64,000 nt of DNA from the human T2T-CHM13v2.0 reference genome, Homo sapiens: NCBI RefSeq assembly GCF_009914755.1, contig NC_060932.1. One strand, given 5' to 3'. Shown in pieces: positions 25,456 through 41,562 of the stretch. The notes beneath the pieces were generated by a model. The model was not told the DNA's origin, searched no databases, and saw only the letters and a list, made by a program, of their open reading frames with translations. Each line of letters opens with the position of its first letter. The first letter of the stretch is position 1. Made by a program: the position numbers and the translations under genes.

Positions 25456-27566
25456 CACCAGTGACCTAGAAATGGCTACCATAATACACCACCCTGCCCC
25501 CCAGTACCCCTGGCAGAGGTTGCTAAGTTATCACAGCACTCTTGCCCATAAGCCTTAAAGTGGCTTCAGAATCTCTCAACACAGCATCCCAGACAGCTGC
25601 TATCAATTGGATTGGCGTTGACACCAGGCAGTGAGACTCATTTTCTATTCCAATGTTGTTTAATCAGCAATTTGTAACAAACACAGTGCTCTTGGCTATG
25701 GGGCGTGCATGATTCATCAGGCCATAGCACAGTCTCGATGACAGATTCAAGATGATGTCGCCTCCTGTTTCTCTGATTGCGCCCTTACCAGGACATTGGT
25801 TGTGACTGACTTGCCTTTTAGGTTTTCTTATTAGGACAGAATTCACTGACCGGAGAACACAAGTGAACAAGAACACAGAATGGCAGAGGACCGGAGGAGT
25901 CAGATTTCTCATTGTGAAGTCGGAGTACTGACGTGAACACCAGACACCTGTGAGGTGCATTAAGTCAGTTTCCAAACCTGCTATCCTCTGGTTGTGTCTC
26001 AAAATCAAGTTACCAGAACTACATCTCAGACCACAAGGGCACCTACACGACCAGCCAGTCAATGTCCCCAATAAACAACTTTATTTCATCACTCTTCCTA
26101 GCTGCAATCTCAGTTTCCTCATCTGTAACATGGGTAATTTTTATGTGGCCACTGTAAGCATTAAATATGCTGCGATATTTAATCACGTAGCATGGTGGCG
26201 GGTACAAAGTCGCTACTCAAGAATGTTCATGATCTTCCAATCCCCTCGATTTAGGACCTCATCAAACCTTACTGGTAGAGGGGCAATATTTTCACTCCAG
26301 TGACCCCTCTTCATCAGCCCTGCCAGATGGGGGCTTTCTGAAGCCCTAACACTTTCCTACTCAGAAAGCTTTGTGGGCTTCCCCAACCCCTGTGGACTAA
26401 AGACCAAAGTCTCAGGCTGACGTTCAGAAGGCTCCTCAAACCAGCTCCTCTCTATCTCTTCATCCTCATCTCCTACTCTGTCCACCCCACCTGTCCCTCA
26501 ACACTGGATCCTACACCTCTCCCAAACACACAAGCCACACTTTTCATGAGGCTTTCTCTGTTTTGTGAAATTCTACAGATTCTTCAAGGCCCATTCAAAG
26601 TTCTCTTCCTCTGCAAAGCTTCCCTGGCACACTCTCTTGCTTTCCTGGCCAGAGCGTTCACTCTTCCCTGTTTCAGCCTCCATGGTATTGTTCGAATGCA
26701 GCATTTCCCACTTCCTGAGAACAAGAGACTGTGTGATTTACTGTTTCCTATTCCATACTTTCTGTTGGCCTGAGTCAAAGGTACGTTAAAGGTAGGAAGA
26801 TCTTCTTTAAATTTCCAGAGTTCTTAGAAGGTTAAGAGTTATTGATCCAGAGAAGAACCTGTGATTTCAAAAAAGTTTATAATCACCGACTTTTCCCAAA
26901 AGGCTGGCTCTGATTTCCTGTGTTGCTCACAGCAACCCCAGGGCAACCACGATGGTCTTTGGTTTCCAGGTGCGGACTGGAGATGCGGGGAGGGCACATA
27001 TCTGATGGAGGATAAAGTCCAGAAAGCAGCAGAGCACAGGTTGGAGGTCAGGCACTCTGGCTGCGGTGCCCACAAGCTGGACCATGTGCTGTGCTGCTGG
27101 GCCCCTGCGGTCACACTGCCAGCCTCAAGGCCCTGTGTGGACGAGTTCACCTGCACCAGGCAATCTGGACATTGGGACTGAAGACTAGTGGGGAGACAGG
27201 CATCTAAATAACAGTTTCAGCACGACCAGTATGGTGAAGAGTGTCTATATTAGAGAGTTAGGAGACAGACGTGAGCTGGGAACCTCGCTGGGAAACATAG
27301 GCCAATCAATTAACTGTTCAACCCTGTTTCCTCATCTAGAAAGCGAGGACACTGTCACCTACATCCCAAGATAGTTTCAATACCACGTTAAGATGAAATA
27401 TATAAAGAAAGTGCTGTGCTTCTTGTATGGTAAAATGATATAATTCCACACACAAGGTTTGAAAAGCTGGTAGAAAGGCAAGGGATAAAACCCCGGGGAC
27501 CTCAGGCCACACAGTCCAGCCAATTCCTGGGCTGACCCTGTCGCCACCTGGATGACACGTTTGTGA

Positions 27567-28020
<454 letters not shown>

Positions 28021-28755
28021 TGAGCCCAGTCACTATCCTAAGTCAGGGAGCTCAGGGAGCTCAGGGAGCGAGCTTCCCCTTCCCTCCTAACCACTGCACC
28101 AACACCTCTGCACCTCCCACCCCCACCCCACCAATTCATGACCTGCCCTGAATCTCACTCCTGGCGTTTGCCTAATCCTCAACTAATCCCACTAAGAACT
28201 AGTTCCCTGCATCTGTACAACTCGAGATCCTATTATACAGCTTTAAATGCATGCAATTAATAGAAGACTTTGAGATATAAAACCCCTTTAAGAATTTAAG
28301 GAATAATCTCTGATGGCGGAACTTTAGACTTTCTGGCTAATGGGGGTTGGGGGAGGTATTCAAAGACTACGAAGACATTCTGGCATCTTCAAATCACGCC
28401 GTGTAGACAGAACATTAGCCAGTCCCAAGCGGGACTTAGACATGTTAGAGGTTAGACAGATGGGAGATGAGGGTCCTCTAGCCATTGACTCCCTTTGGAG
28501 AAAAAGCAAACTACAGGTACACACCCTGGCCCAGCCCAGCTCCCCCACCCAGAGGAGAGGTTGCCAGAGTGGGCTGACAGCAGGACAGAGGGCACCAGGT
28601 GGCTGCACAAGCCGCTAATAGGTTTTCTGAGTAGCTGGAATCTGCTCCACTGTTTGCAAATCATCATCACCCTCCATCAATGGCTGCGCCCCTAGGTGTG
28701 GAGAAGGGCTGGACCTGTGCCAGCCTCTTTTCAGCTTTTCTCAGTACTAACTTTG

Positions 28756-28971
28756 TTTTTTTTTTTTTTTTTTTTTTTTTTGAGATGGCATCTCACTCTC
28801 AGCTCACTGCAACCTCCGCCTCCTGGGTTCAAGTGATTCTCCTGCCTCAGCCTCCCGAGTAGCTGGGATTACAGGCGCCTACCACCATGCCTGGCTAATT
28901 TTTGTATTTTTAGAGATGGGGTTTTGCCATGTTGGCCAGGCTGGTCTCAAGCTCCTAACCTCAGGTGATCC
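28756..28971 (-). mobile_element. AluS-like, 5'-truncated with an internal right-arm deletion
   Basis: Poly(T), then TCTCACTCTC|AGCTCACTGC junction lacking ~30 nt of consensus. Confidence 0.9.
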
Positions 28972-28992
28972 ATTGGCAGGCACTAACTTTCT

Positions 28993-29256
<264 letters not shown>

Positions 29257-29549
29257 GGGAGGCACTAACTTTCTGAAGAAAACTGAAACCAGGTGCCCTT
29301 TCTTCCAAAATATTGCTTCATTTCCCATATCTGGAAAGGGCAGAACAGTGTTCTGACCAATAACACCCTGGGGGAGGGCCACAGAGGCTCCCCGCTGCCT
29401 TCCAGACACCATGGGGGGCCCAGAGCTTTCTCAGGAAGGAAAACCCTTCCAGGCGTTCCTATAGGAGAGAAGGGCTGGGGGGCAGAAGGTTGTTTGCTTG
29501 CTTTGTTTTTCCTAATCTGTCTATAAACAAGTTTTCTGCACAGGCAACA

Positions 29550-30250
29550 CACCCTGTCTCATTCCTGCGCCACCTTCCCCTACACGCTAATAGGTTTCAG
29601 CAGCTGCTCAGCCGGGCCCATTAGCAGCAGTCAGCCTTCCTCCTGTAATGCGCTTTTCTTCCTGAGCCCCCACAGTAAATTCAGGAGATAAATCAGCCTC
29701 TGCTCAGAGAGCAGCAGCCGAGGGGAGGGTGACAGTCAAGGGTGAGCGGGAGGCAGCAGGGAAAACAATGCCACTTCTCACTAGATTTCTAATTGGTTGT
29801 CACTGCCTGTCGGAGAATGATGACAAACGCCACACTTGCCCTGAGAGGGCTGCAGTCCAGGCTGGGCTGTGCTGAGAAACCTCGTCCGGCAGGGGTGTCA
29901 GGCTGTAACCACCTACTCCCGCACGGGGCCAGCTTGCAAATTTATTTTCCAGACCTTCCCGACATCAATTGGCCCAACATTTTCCTAACAGCCAAAGCTC
30001 ACGATCTGGGCAAGCGAAGGAGAAGCAGGAGCTCAGACTCATTCATGGGTTTCCAATTAATTCACTTAACAAATCTATTTTTCAGCCCCAGGTTCAAGAC
30101 CTTGGTCGAAGCCAGGGAAAATAAGAGGAAGTGACTCAAAGATGAGTCAGATGGAGCTGTTGCCCGCCTCCCGCCCGCTCACAGCGTGGAGGAGAGATGA
30201 CATATATATAAATAAGCGGGGAGGTGTGGAAAATGAGGAGGGCCCTGAGG
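29550..30250. promoter_or_regulatory. ANK1: Likely ANK1E 3' hypersensitive-site enhancer (NF-E2/AP-1, GATA)
   Basis: AGATAA 29686-29691; TGACTCA 30132-30138 and TGAGTCA 30143-30149; non-repetitive; 5-5.6 kb 3' of the 1E promoter, where an NF-E2-dependent looping enhancer has been described. Confidence 0.6.
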
Positions 30251-30655
30251 GAGGTTCTGATGAAGTGCAATGAGAGTTCAGAGGAAGGAGAAACTATTTT
30301 ATGAATTTTAAAAAATCCCAAGAGCAGAGTATCTAAAAAGTCATCCACGCAAACCCTAGAGCAATAATTTTCAATCGCAGGTTTGTGAGCAAACTGCTAA
30401 GCAGTCATCAACCACGAGGTGTTCTGCAAATAATTTACTGTTCATTCATGAATGCAACCAACATTTAATGAGCATCTACCATGTGGCAGGCACTGTGCTA
30501 AGTGCCAAGGACACAGCAGTGAACAAGGCAAGCCTGAGTCCCACCCATGTAGAGTTTCTGAATATTATATAAAAATGTCCAAGTGCAGCCTGTTGAAGGA
30601 ACTGACAGTGTCCTGGAGCAATTATTGTGGGAGTTCTGAATAAGAAGTAGTCCAG

Positions 30656-31050
<395 letters not shown>

Positions 31051-31699
31051 TTAAAGCAAGAAAGTGAAGTGGTAAGATTTGCCCTTCTAAAACAGCACTT
31101 TGGTTGTGTGTGAAGAATGGATTAGAGGGAGTGAGACCACCTGTAAGAAGACCACTGTTGCTTTTTAAAACTTAGAACACATTCAAGGTTCCCCTCTATC
31201 ACAGCTCTGCTCTTGCACACTTACACCCGAGCTTTCTTGACAGCTCATGCTCCAGAACCTTGTTCCGCTTTATCCATGCCAAGGTCCCAAGAAGACCATG
31301 AAGGATCTTCTGCAGCTGTGATTGCAAATTCATATACTACATATGAATTGTGATTTTATAGTGGCTCCCATCTCCTTTTAAATATAACCAGTGGTAAATT
31401 ATTAAGTAGGGAGCATCTATGGCACTATTTTCTCATTAAATAGGAACGTGTAAGAGAGAGGGGGATTATTAATACCCAGGTATAGCCATGAAATATGTCA
31501 TGCAGAACTACGTCAACAACCAGCCCTATGTATCCCAGAGGGAAGCAAGTTGAGAACGGTTGTACTACAATTGCATGATAACACCATTTGCCACACTATA
31601 TCAGGTGGTTTAATTTGGTAGCCCATCCCTACAAAACGTGAATCCCTGGTTTCAAAGGCATTAGGAAGTCATAGGTATAGGCAGAAGTCAGATGGTGCC

Positions 31700-32564
<865 letters not shown>

Positions 32565-32718
32565 GTAAAGGTTGTTAAACAGACCTGGAGGACAAAGGTT
32601 TTTAGTCACTTCACCTTTAGAAAACACTCTTATTTTCTCTGTTCATTTTGGCAACACCAACAACTGAAACCCTGCTTTTCTAAATATATTGCAGTTTGAT
32701 TAATCTCAAAATAAGTCA

Positions 32719-33114
<396 letters not shown>

Positions 33115-33127
33115 TTACAGCTGCTTG

Positions 33128-33625
33128 AGCCACGAAAAAGAATGAAATCATGTCATTTGTAGCAACGTGGTTGTAACTGGAGGTCATTATGCTAAGTGAA
33201 ATAAGCGAGGCACAGAAAGACAAATACTGAATGTTCTCAGTCATACATAGGAGCTAAAAAAGTTGATTTCTTGGACCTAGAGAATAGAATAATAGATACC
33301 AGAGACCAGGAAGGGTGGGTGGGGGGCAAGAGAATGAAGAGAGATTGGTTATGCGTACAAACATACAGTTAGATAGAAGAAATAAGTTCTGGTGTTTGAT
33401 AGCAGCTTAGGGTGACTATACTATAATAGCAACAATACCGTGTACATTTCAAAGTTACCAGAAGAGAGGACTTGTAATGATACCAACACGTAAAAATGAT
33501 AAACATTCAAGTCTATGGACACCCCAAATACCCTGTCTTGGTCAGTACACATTCTATGCATGAAACAAACACTCACATGTATTCCACAAATATGTAAATT
33601 ATTATATACCAATAACAGAGAAGAA
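33128..33625 (+). mobile_element. L1MA 3' end
   Basis: AAAGAATGAAATCATGTCATTTGTAGCAAC..GCTAAGTGAAATAAG..ACAGTTAGATAGAAGAAATAAGTTC. Confidence 0.88.
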
Positions 33626-35072
33626 ACTAATTATAATTGACCCATAAAGTCAAGGGTGAGTTGAGTCTATGGATCCTGGTTACAATAAACGTCTTCAAGC
33701 CTCTGTCCCCTTTGCTAATGTTTTCATAACCGAGTAACTCACTTCAGCCTCACAGCAGACCCATTTCCCAGACAAGAAAACTGAGACACAGAGAAAAGTG
33801 GCTTGAGGCTGTAACTTGATTTGTGAAAGAAGGCTAATTTTACCCATTTTTTCCATCGGCCATTCCTTATTCCTGCAAAACACTTGCGTTTGAGTCTGAA
33901 GACAGTTCACACATTGCACGGGACACCTGCAGTCACCTGCCTCCTTCCAAAGTTGGCTATGATCAGGTCTCCAAGACTCACCCTGAACCTCTGCCCTAGA
34001 GTGGTGCCACAAGAGGAAAAAGACTCTACCAACTTAACCTGAATTGCTTGCCGCTGGTGGAACTAAAGTGGGAGGCCCAAGCTTCCTCTACAGAGCCTCT
34101 CTCTCCTTAGAAAAAAAAAAAAAATCAACCAGGAAAGGCAAATTGTACAGATGCCACTAAAAAGAAATTCCCGCTTAGTATTGCTTCCTCTGCACCCAGC
34201 GACTTTTAGACAAGCAGAAGACGAAATGCCCTGCCCGCGACTAAACCAGACTCCTTTTCACTTACTACCCTTTCAGCGTGTGTGTGGCCTGATGTCCAAC
34301 TCTGGGCTCTGAATCCATCACTAAACTAAGAACCGTACCCAACAAAGGACACTGACACATGGCACAGGCTGGCCGTGCTGCCAGGCAGAGATAGGACGGG
34401 TTCTATCTACACAGGGAGAACAAGAAGGCTGGAGTGGCCTTGCTAACGCGCCATTATCACTTGAAAAATATCCATGAGAGCCTATCTCCCCAGGCCACGC
34501 TGCCGCTCTTTCCCTTCCTTCGTAGACATATTTCTCTCCATGAATTAACAACATAAATTAAAAGAACCGAGCAGGTGTGACCATGAGACCACCGGCCTCC
34601 GTGAGTCTTTGAGAAAACAAGCCAAAGTCCCCTTCCAAATGACAGTGACAGCCCCCTAGCCGGGTGGCCCACCCCGCAGCCTGTAATAACACACCTACAA
34701 AACGCAGTTTAGCAGACTCAAAGGAAAGCCTCTAAGATCTCAATAGATTTGGACTATAATCCAAAAACCATCCCTCCCCAGCGCTATTGCTGACAGGACA
34801 TAATTCAGAGACCCAGGTAGTTGGAACTCAATTTGACAGCAAATCTCTGGATGTAAAAAATATGAAACTGGCTTCAGCGAGTAGGGCAGAGTCCACCTGC
34901 TGCCTTCAGCTACAAGGTCGATGTGCCGCTATGCTAAGGCAGGGAGCCCACGGGGAGGCGAGGCGGGTGGGGTGTGCAAAGCTGCTCTTGCTCGCGTGCT
35001 GCCTACTGGCGCGGCCTGGGTGGCCCCCTCCTGACATCTCCCCGTCCACCCGAGCAGCCGCCCAGTACTCAC

Positions 35073-35099
35073 TTCGCGGAAGCCCACAGAATAGGGCAT
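35073..35099 (-). CDS. ANK1: Ankyrin-1 erythroid exon 1E coding part, MPYSVGFRE
   Basis: ATG CCC TAT TCT GTG GGC TTC CGC GAA|GTGAGT (donor 35072-35067); identical to the N-terminus of human ankyrin-R (MPYSVGFREADAATSF...). Confidence 0.97.
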
Positions 35100-35390
35100 G
35101 CCGGTCTTTCAGCAGGGGCCCGCCGAAGGGCCTTGGGGGCTTGAGGAGGAGCAGCTGGGGCTGGCGGACTCACCGCAGCCTCTGCGGGGCCTGTGACGTG
35201 CGGGCCAGGCCCCCGAGGGCCTTATCGGCCCCAGAGGCGCTTGCTGTCGGGCCGGGCGCTCCCGGCACGGGCGGGCGGAGGGGTGGCGCCCGCCTGGGGA
35301 CCGCAGATTACAAGAGCACCTCCTCCCCCAACCCCAGGAGGCCCCGCTCCCCAGGCCTCGGCCGGCGCGGACCCCTGGTTGCCCCGGGGT
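35100..35390 (-). promoter_or_regulatory. ANK1: ANK1 erythroid 5'UTR, TATA-less core promoter and barrier element
   Basis: TGCGGTGAG at -78..-70 (35177-35169, TFIID-binding element, TG at -73/-72 intact); CGATAA 35227-35222; GC boxes ~35269-35279; CCACCC 35286-35281. Spherocytosis-associated positions are wild type: -108 T (35207), -153 G (35252). Confidence 0.9.
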
Positions 35391-36721
35391 CGAGAGCAGC
35401 CGGGGAGAGCTGAGTTCAGAGCCCAGAGTTGGACATCAGGCCACACGCTGAGAGGGTAGTAAATGAAAGGGAGTCCGGTTTAGTCGCGGGCAGGGCATCT
35501 CCTCTTCTGCTTGTCTAAAAGTCGCTGGGTGCAGGGGAAGCAATACTAAGCGGGAATTTCTTTTTAGTGGCATCTACACAATTTGCCTTTCCTGGTTTTT
35601 GTTTTGTTTTGTTTTGTTTCCTAAGGAGGGGGAGGCTCTGTAGAGGAAGCTTCGGCCCTGGGTGCCCCTGGGTTGGGAGCAGTCGGGGAGCGCTGAGCCA
35701 GGGCGCACGCCCTGTCGGCGCTGCGGGTGTGGGGCGCAGGAGTCCTTCTGGCCGGCCCCTCCGCCCCCCGGGGAGGCTGGAGCTCTCCAAGGCCGGGGAG
35801 CCTCCCGAAGCGCGCTGCCCCCTCTGTTCTCCGCGTGCTTTCACTAGGGCCCCATGCTGCTTAGTGGCCGATTTGCAGGGAATCTGGGCACAATCTTAAT
35901 AACACCAGGGCCAAAAATAACAACGTTCCTGGGAACCGAGGTGAGTCACCGCAAACAGCGGCTAGGAGGGCGTGGGATGGCGCGGGCAGGGGGGCGCCCA
36001 GGCGGTCCCGCAGCTGCCAGAAGGTCGGGGCTGCCCACCAGCCAGGCTGGACCATCCCAGGCCAAGCTCCTGCAGGCCTGGCCTAGGAAGCCGCCTTTTG
36101 CAACGTCCGCCCGTCCAACAACGGGATGAGATGTCATCTGCCCAGAATGGCTTTATCAGTGAGAACACCATATCCTGGAATGGCAGTTGGTGGCTGGCAG
36201 AGGGAACAGGTGACCCCGAGGAGCTGAGCTGCGGGGCCAGGGGCATGGCAGCCTCCCTGGACCCTGGGGGTGGTGCCATTAAGGTGGGGGCTGTCTCCCT
36301 CCATGGTTTCCTCTAGGGGTGGGTGTCACCGCTGGGGGCCTCTGGTGCAGTCCTCCCTGAGAAGGGTCTCTCCAGCCTTCCTCACGTGATGCTTGGCCTC
36401 CTGCTGGGCCCACGCTGGTCCAGGTCCCCTGACGAGGCCGCCATCTGGCTTTAGAGCTTTCCCGCAGCACCAAACTGGCCTTGCCATGAGGGCACAGCTG
36501 CTGCGGAAAGATGCCACCGAGATCAGCTTCATGACCCGTCTGTGTTTTCCACAGCAGCTGGAGCGCACCCCATGGACGCTGGGCCATCTCCCCGGGGACT
36601 AGTGCCTGACAGAGCTGACAGAGTTCTAGGCCACATGTGGGCTAGAAGGAACCGCCATGTCTACCACAGCACAGTCCTTAAGCAGGAGCCTTTTGAAGCA
36701 CTTGGACTCAAAACAATGGCT

Positions 36722-36757
36722 GTTTGTTGTTGTTGTTGTTGTTGTTTGTTTGTTTTG
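36722..36757. repeat. (GTT)n/(GTTT)n microsatellite
   Basis: Seen directly. Confidence 0.85.
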
Positions 36758-38285
36758 AGGGAGCCAGAAAGCTAAAAAATGTAAAAGAAGCAGGTCACAT
36801 TAGACATGATTTCAGACAGCCTCCCCGAAGGACAGATGATCTCACTTGGCAACACATACTGGGCCAGGCTCACTCATGAGGTGGCAGCGTGGCATGCACC
36901 CCACTCAGGGGCAAGAATGAAGCTTAAATATTAGCTGACTCAGAACATAGCAAGTGCTCAGTAATGGCTTCTGGAACGAACCCGTGGTTGTCACCAGCAG
37001 GAGTGACGAAAGCTAGAAGCCGTTTCACCATCCAAGGAAGAGGAGGAACAATATTTTTCTCTTTGGAGTTCCCACACTCAGAAGAGAGAACACCAGCATA
37101 TGAACACAGAGTGTCACATGATGTAGGAAACATCCTGTAGGTAGAGAGTATAATTCCAAAGCTTAGGATCCTGCTAGTTCCTTGTGCAGTGCTTCCGGTG
37201 GGCAACATGGTGCCTCCCCAGTCCCTCAGGCTTGAGGCGGGCCAGCACAGCTTCTCTGGGAGCCAGGTCATTTCAGAATTTAACCCCAGAACTAGGTCAC
37301 CCCAGGCAACACAAGGCTCCTCTCCCTTGGATACAGGAAGCGGAGGAAAAGGCCAGGCATGCTCAGGGGCAAACCAACACCCAGGTGAAAGGGAGCTGGG
37401 CTGGTTTCAGGGAGCAGCCTGGTTTCAGGGAGCCGGACTCACGATGTGCTTGAGACCCTCAAATTCACCCCTGGAAGCAGCTGCCCCCGTGACAAGGAAC
37501 TAAGGACAGGCATGTCATGGACTGTGAATTGGAGTGACATTTGTCCCTCCCTTCACCAACAGACTGCCCCAAGAGCTTCCCAAGTTATCTGCCATAGAAT
37601 ACCTTGTTTCCCTCGAGTCTCTGAAAGGGGGCCGCAAAAGCTGTCCCCACGCTGGAAATGCAGGGCCAGGCTTTTAAAGTTTTGCTCCCGGATTATGAGA
37701 ACACCTAGAAAATTCAGTGCTCCTCTCCACTCCCCCAAACCCCTTCACAAGCCCCCACCCTTTGTTTAACAAACATATATATAGTGCTTTCCTGGTACCA
37801 GATACTACTTTAAGCACTTGACAAAATATTTAGTCATACATAAAACCCTTATAATTACACTGTAATTCACTCTCGTCAGATCCAGTCATTGTGAAGAAAC
37901 GGAGGCACGGGGAGATTAAGAGAGCTACTTAAGAAGACACGGTGCCAGGTTTCTACCCAAGCCATTTGGATCTAGGGTCTGGAGGCCATGTGAGCCATTT
38001 TGCATTAGATTAACGCTTTAATTCAGTTCACAGTTAGACAATATACGTTCCCCATCTATATCTATACCCATCTGGAAGGCAACAAAAAGATAATAAACTG
38101 ATAGTGTCATGTGCCCATGACCCAGCTAACAAAGAGGCTCTGGGTTCCAATGCCCCAGTCTTTCATGGGATTCCATCGACCTCATGCCCTGCTCCCCTCC
38201 CCAACAGAGATGGAAACATTATCCTGAATTTTGTGTTTATCATCCCTTGTTTCTCTCTATAGTTTTTCCACTTATGGTTGTATGA

Positions 38286-38476
38286 TTTTTGTTTGTTTGT
38301 TTTTTGAGACGGCATCTCGCTCTGTCACCAGGCTGGAGTGCAGTGGCGTGATCTCGGCTCTACCTCCCAGGTTCAAGCCATCCTCCTGCCTCATCCTCCC
38401 GAGTAGCTGGGACTACAGGCACACGCCACCATGCCCAGCTAATTTTTGTATTTTTAGTAGAGACGGGGTTTCACCT
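38286..38476 (-). mobile_element. Truncated Alu
   Basis: TSD CTTATGGTTGTAT at 38271-38283 and 38476-38488. Confidence 0.9.
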
Positions 38477-39475
38477 TATGGTTGTATCTTTAAACAATGT
38501 CTTGTTTAGTTTTGCCATGTTTTTGGACTGTGAATAAGTAGAATTATTATGCTGTGTGAATTCTTCTGCTACTTGCATTTTTGCTGCAACGTCATGTTCC
38601 TGAAATTCAGCCAGGATTCATTTATTCCTTTTCACTGCTGTGTGATATCCCATTGTAGGCAAATAGTACACAATATTTATTTATTTTCCAGATGGGATCT
38701 CATTCTGTCACCCAGGCTTGTAGTGCAGTGACCCCATCACGATTCACTGCAGCCTTGAACTCCTGGGCTCAAGCAATCCTCCTGCCTCAGCCTCCTGAGT
38801 TGCTAAGGCCACAAATATTTATCCATTTTACTGCTAATGCAATTTGAGCTGTTTTCAACTTTTTCCTATTAAAACATTATTGCTATGAACATTCTTATAA
38901 AAGCTTCCCAGTGCACGTGTGTGAGATCTTTCTAGTGTGTATGCTAGCAGGAGAATTACTGAGTTGTACCGTACATGTATCTTCAATCTTATTAGATAAC
39001 ACTGACTTGTTTTTGAAATTGGCTCTTCCAATTTACACTGTCAACAGCAGGGTTATGTGGTTGCCCTGCAAGTTCAACAACATTTGGTATTGTCAGACTT
39101 TAATATTTTTGTCAATCTGGTTGGTATAAAATGGTATGGTGTGGTGCTTTTTATTTGCATTTCCATGATTACTAATGAGGTTGAGCATCTTTTCACATGT
39201 TTATGGGCCATTTACTTTTCCTCTTCTATGAAATTACTATTCAAGCCCTTTGCCCATTTTTCTGTTATGTTGTTTGTCTTTTTCTTATCGAGGTGGAGGA
39301 GTTCTCTGCAGTCTGAATACGAATCATTTTTCAGTTATGTGCATTGAAAATATCTCCTCCCAGTGTGTAGTTCTTTACACTTTTTAAAATGGTATCTTTT
39401 AACGAACTAATATGGGTTTTAATGTGTCAAATATGTTGATCATTTTCTTTATGGTTTGTGTTTCTTTTGTCTTAA

Positions 39476-39905
<430 letters not shown>

Positions 39906-40223
39906 TGATGTGAGTTGAGTTCTGATTTTTACTATGTGGATAATGAAATATCCCTGCACCATTGATTAGCCCATCCTCTCCCAGCTGAACTGTGTCATGT
40001 TCATCGTTTATTAAGTCTCCACATGCATGAGTCTGTTGGAGAGGAGAACTCTCTCCTATGATCCATTGGCCTATAAGTCTATCTCAGTACTGATGTCATA
40101 CTGTCTTCATTGCTACTGCAACTAATAATACATTTTATAATAAATTTTAATATTGTCCGCAATAAGTCTTAGTATTGTTGAGGAAGTCTCTTTGCTTTAT
40201 TCCTCTAGAAAAGCATCATAACA

Positions 40224-40802
<579 letters not shown>

Positions 40803-40945
40803 TCAAAGCTTCTCTTGGTCCTTTGCCCTCTTGTTTGATATTTTTATTGGGTTGTTACAGTCTATAGATACATACATTTTTGTATCTTGAGCCTGTAGCC
40901 AGAAATCTTGTTGAGCTCTATTATGAGGTCTCATAGTTTGTCCCT

Positions 40946-41045
40946 GGCTGGTCTGAGTGCAGTGATGTTTACAACTAATTGGTCACATTCAGTTACAGAT
41001 TTATTTGTTCCTTCTCCATTCCCACTGCTTCACTTGACTAGCCTT
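40946..41045 (+). pseudogene. Y3 RNA (RNY3-derived) retropseudogene
   Basis: GGCTGGTCTGAGTGCAGTGATGTTTACAACTAATT..CCCACTGCTTCACTTGACTAGCCTT aligns end to end to hY3 with about 7 substitutions; short A tail; inserted within L1. Confidence 0.93.
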
Positions 41046-41562
41046 CAAAAAAATTGACCATGATTCTCTTTGATTTTTCTCTGTAGACAATTATTATTCA
41101 CAAATCAGGACATTTTGTTCTCTTCTTTTACAGTTTTTGCACCCCTTCTTTGCTTTTCTTGCTCTATTACATTGGGTAAGATATCCAATATATTTTTGAA
41201 CGGAAACAGTGATAGCATGTTTATCTAGTTGCTGACTTAAATGGAGCTGCTTTTAAAGTTTTACCATTAAGTATAATGTTTATGTAAGACTTTTGTGAAT
41301 ATCTTTTTATTAGTTAAGGAAGTTAGCTTCTAGTCTCAGTTTATTAAAATTTTAATCATGAATGAATGTTGAAATCCAAATTTTTCTTTTCCTTTTTTGT
41401 GAAGGTGGTACATTGCATTAATAGATTTTTCTAATGCTAAACTATCCTTCCATTTTTGGGTTAAACCCTTCTTGGTCGTAATGAATTACTTGTAATATAG
41501 CACCATTGAATTAGAGTTGTGGAATTTTCTACAGGATTTTTGCACCTATATATTCATAAGTT

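Larger units (their letters stand above)
34950..36150. promoter_or_regulatory. ANK1: CpG island over ANK1 exon 1E and upstream region
   Basis: High CpG density around the exon and promoter. Confidence 0.88.

Noticed and set aside
28043-28070. (CAGGGAGCT)x3, and the 18-nt-period repeat at 37401-37433
   Set aside because: Short slippage duplications with no spacers or array structure; not CRISPR-like.
34787-35413. 208-aa plus-strand ORF across exon 1E
   Set aside because: Non-ATG start, antisense to the real exon, no recognisable domain; CpG-island artefact.
36320-36455. CTCF-like motifs upstream of 1E
   Set aside because: Several mismatches at key core positions; not supportable from sequence alone.
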